From positions 512,001-576,000 of the forward strand of contig CAVXPZ010000001.1 in assembly GCA_963763775.1 (NCBI GenBank): a stretch of 64,000 bases of DNA. Direction: 5' to 3'. The DNA is from an uncultured Chloroflexia bacterium. GTDB taxonomy: Bacteria > Chloroflexota > Limnocylindria > Limnocylindrales > CSP1-4. This document shows positions 11,025-20,019 of the stretch, piece after piece; within the stretch, counting starts at the first letter, position 1, and the number at the start of each line of letters is the position of its first letter. The position numbers were made by a program, and so were the translations under genes. The notes under the pieces were generated by a model that was given only the letters and a program-made list of their open reading frames with translations, did no database searches and was not told where the DNA came from.

Positions 11025-11145
11025 GGCGGACAGGCTACCGCGTCCGGACCCAAGGCGAGCGCGTACACGGCAACCCGCCATACGACACCCATCAACCCGC
11101 CGCGTCCCGGCCGGGAGTGGCGTCGTCGAGGTGCGATACTGAGCC

Positions 11146-11829
11146 ATGCCCGTTCGCACGGTCATCGAACGTGGACCGAAGGACAAGCGCTCGGTCGCCT
11201 TCGCTCTCGACTGGCCCGGGTGGAGCCGGGGCGCCAGGACCGCCGCGCTCGCCGTGAAGACGCTCGAGTCATATCGGGAGCGCTATCGGCCGATCGCCGA
11301 CCTAACGGGACTGGCACGCGACTTCGACGCTGCTGGCCCACTGGAGGTGGTGGAGGAGAGGGTCGGGACCGGCTCGGTCGACTTCTGGGGCATCTCCTTC
11401 TCGGCCTCTTCGACCGAGCACGGGCCGATGGGCGAGGCGGAGCTTGAGCGAGCGGTCACCCTGTTGCAGTCAGCCTGGACGTATTTCGACGCCGTCGGCG
11501 CGCGGGTCTCGCCGGAGATGCGCAAAGGCCCGCGCGGCGGAGGCCGCGACCGCGACCGGATCATCCGCCACACCATCCGGACCGAAAGCGAGGACTTCGC
11601 GAGGCAGGTCGGGCTGAAGATCCCGGAGGAAGCGGCGCTCACCCCGGACGGGCTGAGGCAGCATCGGGTGGCCTACGTCGCGGCGATGCGCGCCTACAAC
11701 GCCGGAGAGATCGAGAAGCGCATGCGTTCGTGGACGCTCCCGTTCCTCATCAGACACTCGGCCTTCCACACGCTCGACCATGCGTGGGAGATGGAGGACA
11801 AGGATCTCTCCACCGAAGGCCCGGCCTGA
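11146..11829 (+). CDS. Conserved hypothetical protein (DinB-like C-terminus)
   Basis: ALDWPGWSR N-terminus; RHSAFHTLDHAWEMED His-rich helix. Confidence 0.65.
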   Translation: MPVRTVIERGPKDKRSVAFALDWPGWSRGARTAALAVKTLESYRERYRPIADLTGLARDFDAAGPLEVVEERVGTGSVDFWGISFSASSTEHGPMGEAELERAVTLLQSAWTYFDAVGARVSPEMRKGPRGGGRDRDRIIRHTIRTESEDFARQVGLKIPEEAALTPDGLRQHRVAYVAAMRAYNAGEIEKRMRSWTLPFLIRHSAFHTLDHAWEMEDKDLSTEGPA

Positions 11830-11894
11830 CCCACCGAGTTCGTTCCTGGCCCCGCGCGTGGTCCGGGAGACCAGTCTGGTCCACGGTGTAGTCT

Positions 11895-11922
11895 GACAGA
11901 CATAACTCACCTTATCGGCAGT
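11895..11922 (-). other. dif-like XerC/XerD recombination site
   Basis: Minus strand reads ACTGCCGATAA-GGTGAG-TTATGTCTGTC: 11-6-11 layout with the ATAA-N6-TTAT core; resembles actinobacterial dif (GCCGATAA-N6-TTATGTCAA); AT-rich island between convergent genes. Confidence 0.7.
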
Positions 11923-11943
11923 TGTCACACCACCGGGAGAGCG

Positions 11944-12336
11944 TCAGAAATCGAGGCGTCCGGCGAACGATGACTCGATGACGCCGGGGCGCGTGAGTTC
12001 GTAGACAGCCACGCGCTGCCCGCCTGGTGCCGTGAACACGTGCACCGGGCCTTGCGGGATCTCCAGGCTGTGGCCGGCGGCCCAGCCGCGGCCGCGCAAG
12101 ATCTCGACCGCTGCGGCAAGGTCAGCCACCCGATACACGAGGATCGGCCGGTCGCCGTCCAGGTGTCCGGCCAGCACGATCGACGGCGAGGCATCACCCA
12201 GCTCGACCATCGCGACCCGGGTACCCATGCCCTCGATGGCGAACACGACCCTGGCCTCGAGGACGTCGCGGAAGAACGCCACGTCGGCCGCGACGTCGGC
12301 GCTGGGCATGTACAGGTAGTCGAGGCGCTCGAACAC
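11944..12336 (-). CDS. VOC family protein
   Basis: LDYLYMPSADVAADVAFF, YRVADL, PGGQRVAVYE. Confidence 0.8.
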   Translation of the reverse strand: MFERLDYLYMPSADVAADVAFFRDVLEARVVFAIEGMGTRVAMVELGDASPSIVLAGHLDGDRPILVYRVADLAAAVEILRGRGWAAGHSLEIPQGPVHVFTAPGGQRVAVYELTRPGVIESSFAGRLDF

Positions 12337-12340
12337 CGTG

Positions 12341-13165
12341 CTACGACGCCCGGCACGCGAGGTAGACGTACAGCGGCAGGTCCAGCGCGATGTGCCAGGC
12401 GATCGGGATCAGGAGCGACCGGGTGCGGAGCGCGATCCAGCCGGCGATGAAGCCGCCAAGACCGAGCGTCGCCATCAGGACCACCGGCGACCCGCCGACA
12501 TCCGCGCCGCCGTGGGCCAGCCCGAAGACGACCGCCTGCGCGATCAGGGCGATCCACGTCCCGGTGACGCGGCCCGTCCATTGCATCAAGGCCCCGCGGT
12601 ACGCGAGCTCCTCGGCGACACCGTTCGCCGTCGCGAACACGAGGGCCGGCACCAGGAACCCGATGTCGCTCAGGTCGAGCGAGAACGACCCGAAGAACGG
12701 GCGCGCGAGCGCGGCGCCCAGCAAGAGGCCGACCGGCCCCAGGATGATCGCCCCGACGAGGGCGAGCTGGACGACGGAGCGCTTGGGCCAGCGCAGGAGC
12801 AGGTCATGGGGCCGGACCCGGAGCGCCACGGCGAGGACCGCGAGCACGCCGAGGACCAAGGCCGCCTCCGCGAGCCGCCACACGGCCGGCGGCGACGTGA
12901 TGCTCGTGCAGTCCGTGCCGCCCGGCGCCGCCAACGGCGCGCTCAGGAGGCCCCAGCACAGCGCCACCGCCACCGGGACCGGCGCCGCCCAGGCCCACCG
13001 AACGGGCGCGTCACGACGGATCGCGACGACGGTCCCGGCGACCAGCGCCGCCAGGACGAACGGGCGCGTCGGCGCGACGGCCGCCGCAAGGATGATGAGC
13101 GCGATCGGCACGAACGAGCGTGCGAACTCGCGTGTGTCGCGGGGGAGGGCCGTGGAGGCGGGCAC
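12341..13165 (-). CDS. CPBP (CAAX/Abi) intramembrane glutamic metalloprotease
   Basis: EELAYRG, FGLAH, AWHIALD motifs; multiple TM segments. Confidence 0.88.
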   Translation of the reverse strand: MPASTALPRDTREFARSFVPIALIILAAAVAPTRPFVLAALVAGTVVAIRRDAPVRWAWAAPVPVAVALCWGLLSAPLAAPGGTDCTSITSPPAVWRLAEAALVLGVLAVLAVALRVRPHDLLLRWPKRSVVQLALVGAIILGPVGLLLGAALARPFFGSFSLDLSDIGFLVPALVFATANGVAEELAYRGALMQWTGRVTGTWIALIAQAVVFGLAHGGADVGGSPVVLMATLGLGGFIAGWIALRTRSLLIPIAWHIALDLPLYVYLACRAS

Positions 13166-13239
13166 CCGCCGATGATGCCACCGACACTCCCCCGCTATCA
13201 TTCGGTCGCCCATCGGCCCGAGCCGCCCCGGAGGACCCC

Positions 13240-14817
13240 CTGACCGCTCCTGCCAGCGCCGGCGAACCCGCCCGGTCAGACCGCTTCGCCGCGCTCCATC
13301 CGCTGCTGTTCGCGGCGTACGCGGTGCTGTTCCTGTGGTCGCAGAACCTTGGCGAGACCGACCCGAAGGAGGTCGTGATCCCGCTCGTGGTCCTGATCCT
13401 GGCCGCCGCGCTCCTCACGCTCGTCCTGGGCCTCGTGTTCCGGGACCGCCGGCGCGGCGCGATCGTCGCGTCGCCGTTCGTGGTCGGCGTCCTGATGTAC
13501 GGCCACGGAGCGCATATCGCCGCCGCCCTGCACTTGCCGGCGTTGGTCGTGCCGGTCGCGTGGGTCGGGCTGATGGTCGTCGCGGTGGTCGCCGCGATCA
13601 GACTGCCTCGAGCCCGCCTCCGGACGGTCGACGTCGCGCTCGACCGGATCGCCGCGATCCTCGTCGTCGTGACCCTGGTGCTGATCGTCCCATACCAGGC
13701 GAACGTCGCCGTCGGCGGCCGGACGGCGGAGCGCGTCGAACCGCTCTCGAGCACGACCACCGCCCAGAAGCGCGACGTGTACTGGCTCATCTTCGACCGG
13801 TACGGGTCCGACCGGTCCCTCAAGCTCAAGTACGGGCTGGACAACGACCTGACCGGGTGGCTGTCGGAGCAGGGCTGCACGGTGCTCCCGGACAGCCACG
13901 CGAACTACATCCGGACCGTGCTCTCGCTCGAGACGACGGCCCAGATGGCCGACCTCGCCGACATCGCCGAGGACGAGGGCGAGCAGAGCTCGGACCTGTC
14001 GGTCATCAACCAGGGGCTCCAGGACCCGCTCGTGGCGCGCCAGTTCAAGGCGCTCGGCTATCGCTACTACCACGTCGGCGGCTCATGGGGCCCGACCCGC
14101 ATCGACTCGGGCGCGGACGTCAACCTGACCGTGCCCACGATCCCCGGCACCGGCGACTTCTCCGACGCCCTCTACGACGCGAGCGCGTTCCCGTCGGTCG
14201 CGCGACGGCTGCACATCGCGGACGACGCGGGTCGCGAGCGCCAGTTCCTGTACAGCGGCCACGGCCTGGACGCCCTCCAGGGTCTGCGCGACGAGCCCGG
14301 GCCGAAGTTCGTGATGTCGCACATCCTGCTCCCCCACCCTCCCCTGGTCTTCGACCGCGACGGCAGCTACATGACCGGGGCCAAGATGCGCGGGCTCTCG
14401 GGCGACGAGCAGTACGAGCGCCAGCTCGCGTACACCAACTCGCGCATCCGCGAGATCGTGGGCGGCCTCCTGGCCCTCCCCGAGGCCCAGCGGCCGATCA
14501 TCATCCTGCAGGCCGACGAAGGCCCGTTCCCCGACACGTACGAGGTCCAGCGGCGCCAGGACGTCGACTGGGCCGCGGGCGCCACGGAGGACGAGCTCGA
14601 GCAGAAGTACGGGATCCTCAACGCCTGGTGCGTCCCCGGGGGTCAGGACCTCGGTCTCGACCCGAAGATGACGGCCATCAACACGTTCCCGACGCTGTTC
14701 AGCCGCTACTTCGGCATCGGCTACCCGACGCTGCCGGACCGCTCGTTCTCGTCGCACGACTGGTTCCACCCGTACGACCTGACCGACATCACGGACCGGC
14801 TGCCCAGCCTGCGCTGA
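13240..14817 (+). CDS. Membrane-anchored sulfatase/alkaline-phosphatase-superfamily transferase (LtaS/EptA-like architecture)
   Basis: About 5 N-terminal TM helices, then VYWLIFDRY, NYIRTVLS (candidate Thr nucleophile), HILLPHPP, IILQADEG; probable CTG start after GGAGG. Confidence 0.8.
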   Translation: MTAPASAGEPARSDRFAALHPLLFAAYAVLFLWSQNLGETDPKEVVIPLVVLILAAALLTLVLGLVFRDRRRGAIVASPFVVGVLMYGHGAHIAAALHLPALVVPVAWVGLMVVAVVAAIRLPRARLRTVDVALDRIAAILVVVTLVLIVPYQANVAVGGRTAERVEPLSSTTTAQKRDVYWLIFDRYGSDRSLKLKYGLDNDLTGWLSEQGCTVLPDSHANYIRTVLSLETTAQMADLADIAEDEGEQSSDLSVINQGLQDPLVARQFKALGYRYYHVGGSWGPTRIDSGADVNLTVPTIPGTGDFSDALYDASAFPSVARRLHIADDAGRERQFLYSGHGLDALQGLRDEPGPKFVMSHILLPHPPLVFDRDGSYMTGAKMRGLSGDEQYERQLAYTNSRIREIVGGLLALPEAQRPIIILQADEGPFPDTYEVQRRQDVDWAAGATEDELEQKYGILNAWCVPGGQDLGLDPKMTAINTFPTLFSRYFGIGYPTLPDRSFSSHDWFHPYDLTDITDRLPSLR

Positions 14818-14846
14818 GCTGCCGGCGGGCCGGCCGTCGGGAGCCG

Positions 14847-16274
14847 TCAGCGGCGGCGCAGGAGGAACAGCGTGCGGGGGCTGTCCTCGATCGCGGTCTC
14901 GGCCTCGATCGCCCAGCGCTCGGCGGCCGCGGCACGGAACCCCTCGATCGTGTAGTCGGGGAACACGTCGCGGCGGGTCGCGAGCAGCCGGCGGACCATG
15001 ACGTCCTCCTTGGGGACGAACTCGACCACGGCCCACGGGGCCATCGTCGCGAACAGCTCGAGCAGCATCGGCAGCGGCACGTTGCGCGAGATCGCGAGGT
15101 GGTGGACGAGCGCGAGCGCGAGGATCAGGTCCGGGTCCGCCCGTTCGAGCAGCGATCGCCGCTCGAGGTTCGCCCACCCGATGCCCGGACTCGGGTTCGC
15201 GACGTCGAGGATCAGCGGCAGGATATCGGTGCGCCCCTCGGCGACGAGCTGGCGGTAGTTGCGCTCGGCCGCCGCCGGGTCGATGTCGAAGGCGAGCACC
15301 TGGCGGCCCGCGGCGGCGGCGATGCGGCTGTACCGGCCGGTGTTCGCGCCGAGGTCCCAGACTCGGGTCCCGGGCGTTCGCTCGACGAAGTCGCGGACGA
15401 GGGCTTCCTTGGCCTGCGTCGCGCGGTCGTTGTAGCTGGTGTTCTCGGCATAGTCGGACCACTCGGTGCCGCCCGGGCGCCAGGTCAACCCCGCGACCGT
15501 CGAGCGCAGGTTGCCGATCAGCGCGATGAGCCTCGAGCGGCTGATCCGGGCGCGCTTGGCCGCGTGACCGTCGTCGTCATCGGCGGCATGGCGCACCTGC
15601 GCGTTGGCATGGAGGTGGAGGTGCGAGAGGAGCCCGAAGTTCAGCCGGGTGCGCCACGGCACGAGGCCCTTGGCCAGGTCGAGGGGGATCCCGTCGGGGT
15701 CGGCCCGCAGCAGCGAGGAGAGGCGGATGTCGCGGTGGGCCATCACCGCGAGCGGTGCGAGGAAATGCTCGCAGAACTGGCGGTAGGCCACCCACGGCGC
15801 GCCGTCCTCCAGCGGCTCGAACGACAGGGAATCGATCAGGACCGGACGCCCGCCGCGGAACTGGATGTTGTAGGCCGAGGCGTCCTTGAGGGTCCATCCG
15901 GCCGCGAGGGCCTCCAGCTCGATGTCGAGCGTCAGGAGGGCCGCGTCCTTGAGCTCCCCGAAGGTCCACTCGTACGGGTAGGAGATGAATTCGATCGGGT
16001 CGGGCGCGATGACCGCGCGGGCCTCGGGGGTCGCGGCGTCGTCGAGGGCCGCCGGCCGGTAGCCGATGAGCCGGCCCGATGAGATGAGCCGGTCGGCCAG
16101 GCCGCTCGCGAGGAACGCCTCCCAGTCGTCGATCGACGCGGGGCCGATCTGGCGGTACAGGACGCCGTCGCGGCGGTAGACGAAGCCCCCGGGGTCGCGG
16201 TACGACCCGGGGTCGCGCGCGATGGCCGGTCGCGCGTCGCCGGCGGGAGCGTCAGTCGTTGCCGGCTCGGTCAT
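14847..16274 (-). CDS. Kinase-like domain fused to a class I SAM methyltransferase (NoeA-like)
   Basis: N-half SYRDP, LKDASAYNIQF, PVLIDSLSF (kinase catalytic and Mg-loop-like); C-half VWDLGANTG, LAFDID, LALALVHH. Confidence 0.8.
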   Translation of the reverse strand: MTEPATTDAPAGDARPAIARDPGSYRDPGGFVYRRDGVLYRQIGPASIDDWEAFLASGLADRLISSGRLIGYRPAALDDAATPEARAVIAPDPIEFISYPYEWTFGELKDAALLTLDIELEALAAGWTLKDASAYNIQFRGGRPVLIDSLSFEPLEDGAPWVAYRQFCEHFLAPLAVMAHRDIRLSSLLRADPDGIPLDLAKGLVPWRTRLNFGLLSHLHLHANAQVRHAADDDDGHAAKRARISRSRLIALIGNLRSTVAGLTWRPGGTEWSDYAENTSYNDRATQAKEALVRDFVERTPGTRVWDLGANTGRYSRIAAAAGRQVLAFDIDPAAAERNYRQLVAEGRTDILPLILDVANPSPGIGWANLERRSLLERADPDLILALALVHHLAISRNVPLPMLLELFATMAPWAVVEFVPKEDVMVRRLLATRRDVFPDYTIEGFRAAAAERWAIEAETAIEDSPRTLFLLRRR

Positions 16275-16431
16275 CGGCCACGGTCTTCTCCTCCTTGGGC
16301 CCGCGGATCGCGTGCAGGACGCGCGCGATCTGAGTGCGGAAGAAGATCGGGATCGCCACCAGGGTCGCGATGACCGCCTGGATGATCAGACTCCCCGAGC
16401 CTGGATCGATATACGCGAGGTGCTCGTGCAC
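16252..16431 (-). CDS. Small single-TM peptide with YIDPGSGS motif (59 aa, missing from the ORF track)
   Basis: GGAGG RBS plus GTG; MHEHLAYIDPGSGSLIIQAVIATLVAIPIFFRTQIARVLHAIRGPKEEKTVADDRAGND; overlaps the start of the kinase-methyltransferase gene. Confidence 0.8.
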   Translation of the reverse strand: MHEHLAYIDPGSGSLIIQAVIATLVAIPIFFRTQIARVLHAIRGPKEEKTVADDRAGND

Positions 16432-16534
16432 GGGTCCTCCGCGTTGCCTCCGACTGCTCGGTCGGTGTCGGATGTCAACGGGATGTTAACCGCCCGTTGT
16501 CGCGTCGGCACGTAGAGCCGGCGCGGGACTCGGG

Positions 16535-17500
16535 CTAGACGTTGCTCCCGGTGATGATCAGGAGCACGGCGCCGGCCGGCTTCGGTCCCGCCAGGACGCC
16601 CGCCCAGGACGCCGCCGCGGCCCCTTCCACGGTGAGCCCAAGCTCCCGGTCGAGTTCGGCCTGCGCGGCGTGGAGCGCCGCCTCGTCGACCAGGACCATG
16701 TCGTCGACCCGGCCCTCCATCAGGGCGACGGCCTCGGGGACCGCGACTCGCGAGGCGATGCCGTCGGCGTACGTGTCGACCGTGTCGGTGTCGATGGCGC
16801 GGCCCGCGCGCCAGCTGAGGGTCATCGCGGGCGCCCCGGCCGCGCCGATGCCGACGACTCGGCACGCGGGCGCCGCGGCCCGGAGCCACGACGCGACGCC
16901 GTTGATGAGCGCGCCGTTGCCGACCGGGACCGAGGCCATCGCGAGTGGCGGCAGGGTCCCGGCCTCGATCGCGTCGGTCACTTCCAGGGCCATCGTGGCC
17001 GCGCCGGTCGAGATCCGTGCGTCCTCGCCATCGACGAGGATGTGCGCGTCGTGATCGGCCGCATAGGCCGCCGCGGCCTCCCGAGCCTCGTCGAAGTCCT
17101 CCCCCGCCTCGATCACGGTCGCCCCGAGCGCCCGCATCCGGGCGATCTTCCCCCGGTTGGCATGCCTCGAGGTGAACACGACCGTGGGGATCCCCAGGGG
17201 TCGGGCGGCATACGCGATCCCCTGGCCGAAGTTCCCGGCGGACGCCACGACGATGGCCCGGTCGGGCCCGATGGTCCCCTCCCCCGCCAGCGCGTGCACC
17301 GCGACCCATGTCCCGCGGCCCTTGAACGAGCGGATCGGGTTCACTGTCTCGACCTTGACGACGACCGGGACGCCGAGCATGGCGCTGAGGCCCTCGTGCA
17401 CGTACTGCGGGGAGCCGGTGAACGCCGGGGCGATCGAGCCGTGCGCGGCGCGGATCGCGGCGACCGTGAGATCAGGGGAAGGGATCAACGCGGCGGGCAC
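16535..17500 (-). CDS. PLP-dependent threonine/serine dehydratase family enzyme
   Basis: KVETVNPIRSFKGRG (PLP Lys), SAGNFGQG, VPVGNGALING, VEGAAA. Confidence 0.88.
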   Translation of the reverse strand: MPAALIPSPDLTVAAIRAAHGSIAPAFTGSPQYVHEGLSAMLGVPVVVKVETVNPIRSFKGRGTWVAVHALAGEGTIGPDRAIVVASAGNFGQGIAYAARPLGIPTVVFTSRHANRGKIARMRALGATVIEAGEDFDEAREAAAAYAADHDAHILVDGEDARISTGAATMALEVTDAIEAGTLPPLAMASVPVGNGALINGVASWLRAAAPACRVVGIGAAGAPAMTLSWRAGRAIDTDTVDTYADGIASRVAVPEAVALMEGRVDDMVLVDEAALHAAQAELDRELGLTVEGAAAASWAGVLAGPKPAGAVLLIITGSNV

Positions 17501-17529
17501 TCCGTGGTGCGGGCGGCGGACCTGGTCAC

Positions 17530-17624
17530 AGACACAGAAACGCCCGAAGGAACCGCCGGTCCGTAGTCAGCGCCGCCGATGTAAACACCTGCAACACCGC
17601 TTTCGGTCTGGGGCCCCTTCGGGC
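17530..17624 (-). ncRNA. Putative rod-shaped small RNA of about 90 nt (no family recognised)
   Basis: 5' GCCCGAAGGGGCC pairs with 3' GGUUCCUUCGGGC; inner stems CGGUGUUGC/GCGGCGCUG and GGUG-UUUA-CAUC; U-rich tail; -10-like TAACGT 7 nt upstream. Confidence 0.55.
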
Positions 17625-17666
17625 AAGACCTACGTTACCCGGTGCCGCCCCGCGCCGGGAAGGGAC

Positions 17667-17717
17667 TTATCCACGACTTTCGCAGTTCGTGGCACGCTCC
17701 CACGAGGGTTGTCCACA
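17667..17717 (+). promoter_or_regulatory. Two DnaA-box-like 9-mers
   Basis: TTATCCACG (17667-17675, one mismatch to TTATCCACA) and TTGTCCACA (17709-17717, high-GC consensus), same orientation. Confidence 0.55.
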
Positions 17718-17736
17718 GCGCGTCCACGAGCGACCG

Positions 17737-18320
17737 TCAGTCACGCTCCAAGGGGACCGTCACGCCGCCCGGCGGGCGCGGCACGCCATCGTCGTCTACG
17801 TCGAGCGAGGGCTCGTCCCCGATGGTCCAGCCGGTCGCCGAGGACCTCGTGACGTGGATCTCCGAGACCGCGGCCACAGCGCCGGCCGGGTCGATGCGCA
17901 CCCCGCGGCGCGTCGTGCTCGCACCGACCGGGAGGCGGCTCGAGAGATGCCACGCGACCGCGGCGACCGCGATCGTGGATCCGTCGACGAGCACGAGGTC
18001 GTCCGGCGCGAAGGCCCATCCGACGATGTGCCGGATCTCGCCGCGTCCACGCGTGACGTGGTTGCCGTGGATCGTGCCGTCGCCCTCGGGGTGGAGGGTC
18101 CAGAGCCCACCGGCCGCGGCGAGTTCGAGGTGGCTGAACCGCCCCGCGGCGTCGGTCTCGAGGAGAAGTGAGTGGCGGATGGCGTCGCCGAGGGCGACGA
18201 CCTCCCGCCAGCGACGGCCGCGCCGACCGGTCGAGATCGTCCAGGTGACGGTGGCCCCGTCCGCGCGGGCTCCCCAGCCGGCGAGTCGGACCGGACGGAC
18301 CGTTCGGGCGGTCGTGGTCG
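17737..18320 (-). CDS. Hypothetical protein (start codon uncertain)
   Basis: The 3' part of ORF 17737..19359 reads as protein-like (GATVTWTISTGRRGRRWREVV...HSLLLETD...LELAAAGGLWTLHPE); no clear start. Confidence 0.5.
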
Positions 18321-18323
18321 GCC

Positions 18324-19961
18324 CTAGCCGGCGCTGGCCGTGCCGGACTCGACGAGGACCGGCGCCGGCTCGGGCGCCTCCATCGGCGCCGTCGCCACGC
18401 CGTCGTGATGCCGGGCGACGAGGGTCGGGATGACGTCCGACCACGAATGGCCGGTCACTCGGAGACGGAGGCGCCAGGCGGTCTGGACGGCCGCCACGAG
18501 GAGCGTTCGCTCCCGCGCCCGGAGGGTCGGGTAGTCCATCCCGTCGATCACGATCTCCGGCGCGAAGGCGGCGAAAGGCGGGAACGTGTAGGCGTCGTCG
18601 GTGTTCTCGAGCAGCCGGTCGATGGTGAACTCGAAGTCCGGCTCCTCGGTCAAGGGGTCGCCGCGCTCCATGATCACGACCGCGTCGAGCGGCGCGCTCT
18701 CGGAGACGTCGCAGTCGATGAGCGACTGGACGTGGTACTTCGGCGGCGGGATCAGCAGCTGCACCCAGCTGTTGATCGTGACGATCGGCAGGTTCTGGCG
18801 GCCCATCGAGTGCCCGATCGAGCGGCCCTGCTTCGAGTGCACGCGGCTGCGGATGCCGAGCATGATCCGGTCGGCCATCGGCAGGCGCTTGTCGTTGACC
18901 GCGCTCATCGTGTGCGACGAGAGTGTCATCGGCTTGGGGTAGCCGTAGACGGTCCCGTCCGGCGCGACGATCGCCATGTCGTCCGACAGGAAGCCCCAGC
19001 TGTGGTGCATCAGGAGCCGCAGGACCGTGCTGGTCTTGCCGGTGTCGGTCTGCGCCGAGAGGACGATCGCGCCCTGGTCGCCATCGATGGCGGCGCAGTG
19101 GAGCAGCACGTGGCCGCGCGCCACGAGGATGAACCGGAGCAGCGGCTCGACCATGTTCGTGTACAGGACGTGGTGCGACCACGTGAGCAGCCAGTTGGCG
19201 TCGAGCTCGATCGGCCCGACGTCCGGCGCCCCGCCCCCGGCGCCGGGCGGCAGCCGGACGTCGAAGGCGGCCGAGAGCACGCCGAAGTGCTCGCGGTAGC
19301 GGATCGTGTCGTCCTCGCGCCACGTCCGGACGTGGAGCCGCGGGCCGCCGCCCAGCCACTTGCGGCGCACGATGATGTCCGGCTCGACGAGGTGGTCGAC
19401 GTTGAAGGCGGCAAGCTCTGGCAGCCGAACCACCGAGCGGATCTTCAGGATGCTGTGGACGTCGTACTGGTACGAGCCGTCGACCGCGACCTGGTCGCGC
19501 CGGTCGCGGCCGGCCCAGATCCAGTTGTCGGCGATGAGGTAGCGGACGCCGAACGTCACGCCGATCGCCACGAGGTTCGAGACGAGGTAGTAGATCCCGA
19601 ACAGGTCCGTGAGGATGTAGAGGATCGGGACCCGGACGACGAGGGTCGCGATGTTGACCGCACTGAACACGAGATACCGGGTGATCAGGCCGTGCCGCGT
19701 CTCGCGATGACGGAACACGAACAACTCGACCAGGATGAAGTTGTTGAGGGTCGACACCAGCGACGCCAGGATCGCCGAGTAGATGTAGAAGATCCCGAGG
19801 CCTTCGGTGAAGACGTACAGGGCGATCTGGTTGACGAAGATGCCGACGATGCCGACGACGGCGAACTTCGAGGGCGAGAGAAGGGCCCCCAGGAGGCTCG
19901 TGACCTGCGTCCGGCGGTGGCGGCGCACGCTCGGCGGTGACTCGGCGGCAGCTGGGCTCAA
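18324..19961 (-). CDS. GtrA-family membrane domain fused to an HprK-like P-loop kinase domain
   Basis: N-terminal KFAVVG...NNFIL.ELFVF with 4 TM (GtrA); C-terminal LLHCAAI...SAQTDTGKTST...FLSDDM. Confidence 0.8.
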   Translation of the reverse strand: MSPAAAESPPSVRRHRRTQVTSLLGALLSPSKFAVVGIVGIFVNQIALYVFTEGLGIFYIYSAILASLVSTLNNFILVELFVFRHRETRHGLITRYLVFSAVNIATLVVRVPILYILTDLFGIYYLVSNLVAIGVTFGVRYLIADNWIWAGRDRRDQVAVDGSYQYDVHSILKIRSVVRLPELAAFNVDHLVEPDIIVRRKWLGGGPRLHVRTWREDDTIRYREHFGVLSAAFDVRLPPGAGGGAPDVGPIELDANWLLTWSHHVLYTNMVEPLLRFILVARGHVLLHCAAIDGDQGAIVLSAQTDTGKTSTVLRLLMHHSWGFLSDDMAIVAPDGTVYGYPKPMTLSSHTMSAVNDKRLPMADRIMLGIRSRVHSKQGRSIGHSMGRQNLPIVTINSWVQLLIPPPKYHVQSLIDCDVSESAPLDAVVIMERGDPLTEEPDFEFTIDRLLENTDDAYTFPPFAAFAPEIVIDGMDYPTLRARERTLLVAAVQTAWRLRLRVTGHSWSDVIPTLVARHHDGVATAPMEAPEPAPVLVESGTASAG

Positions 19962-20019
19962 ACGGTCCCCTTGGTCGGCGGAGGGTCGGCCGGATGGTAG
20001 GTGACGCTCCGTCGCGGCG

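Noticed and set aside
17526-17597. 23-codon ORF (MLQVFTSAALTTDRRFLRAFLCL) inside the candidate ncRNA
   Set aside because: It has no RBS, its start is buried in a stem and its codon usage is atypical. The structured RNA is the better explanation, though a toxin or leader peptide is not formally excluded.
17667-17730. oriC at the DnaA boxes
   Set aside because: Only two good boxes, no AT-rich unwinding element, no dnaA or dnaN nearby, and the site is close to a dif-like sequence.
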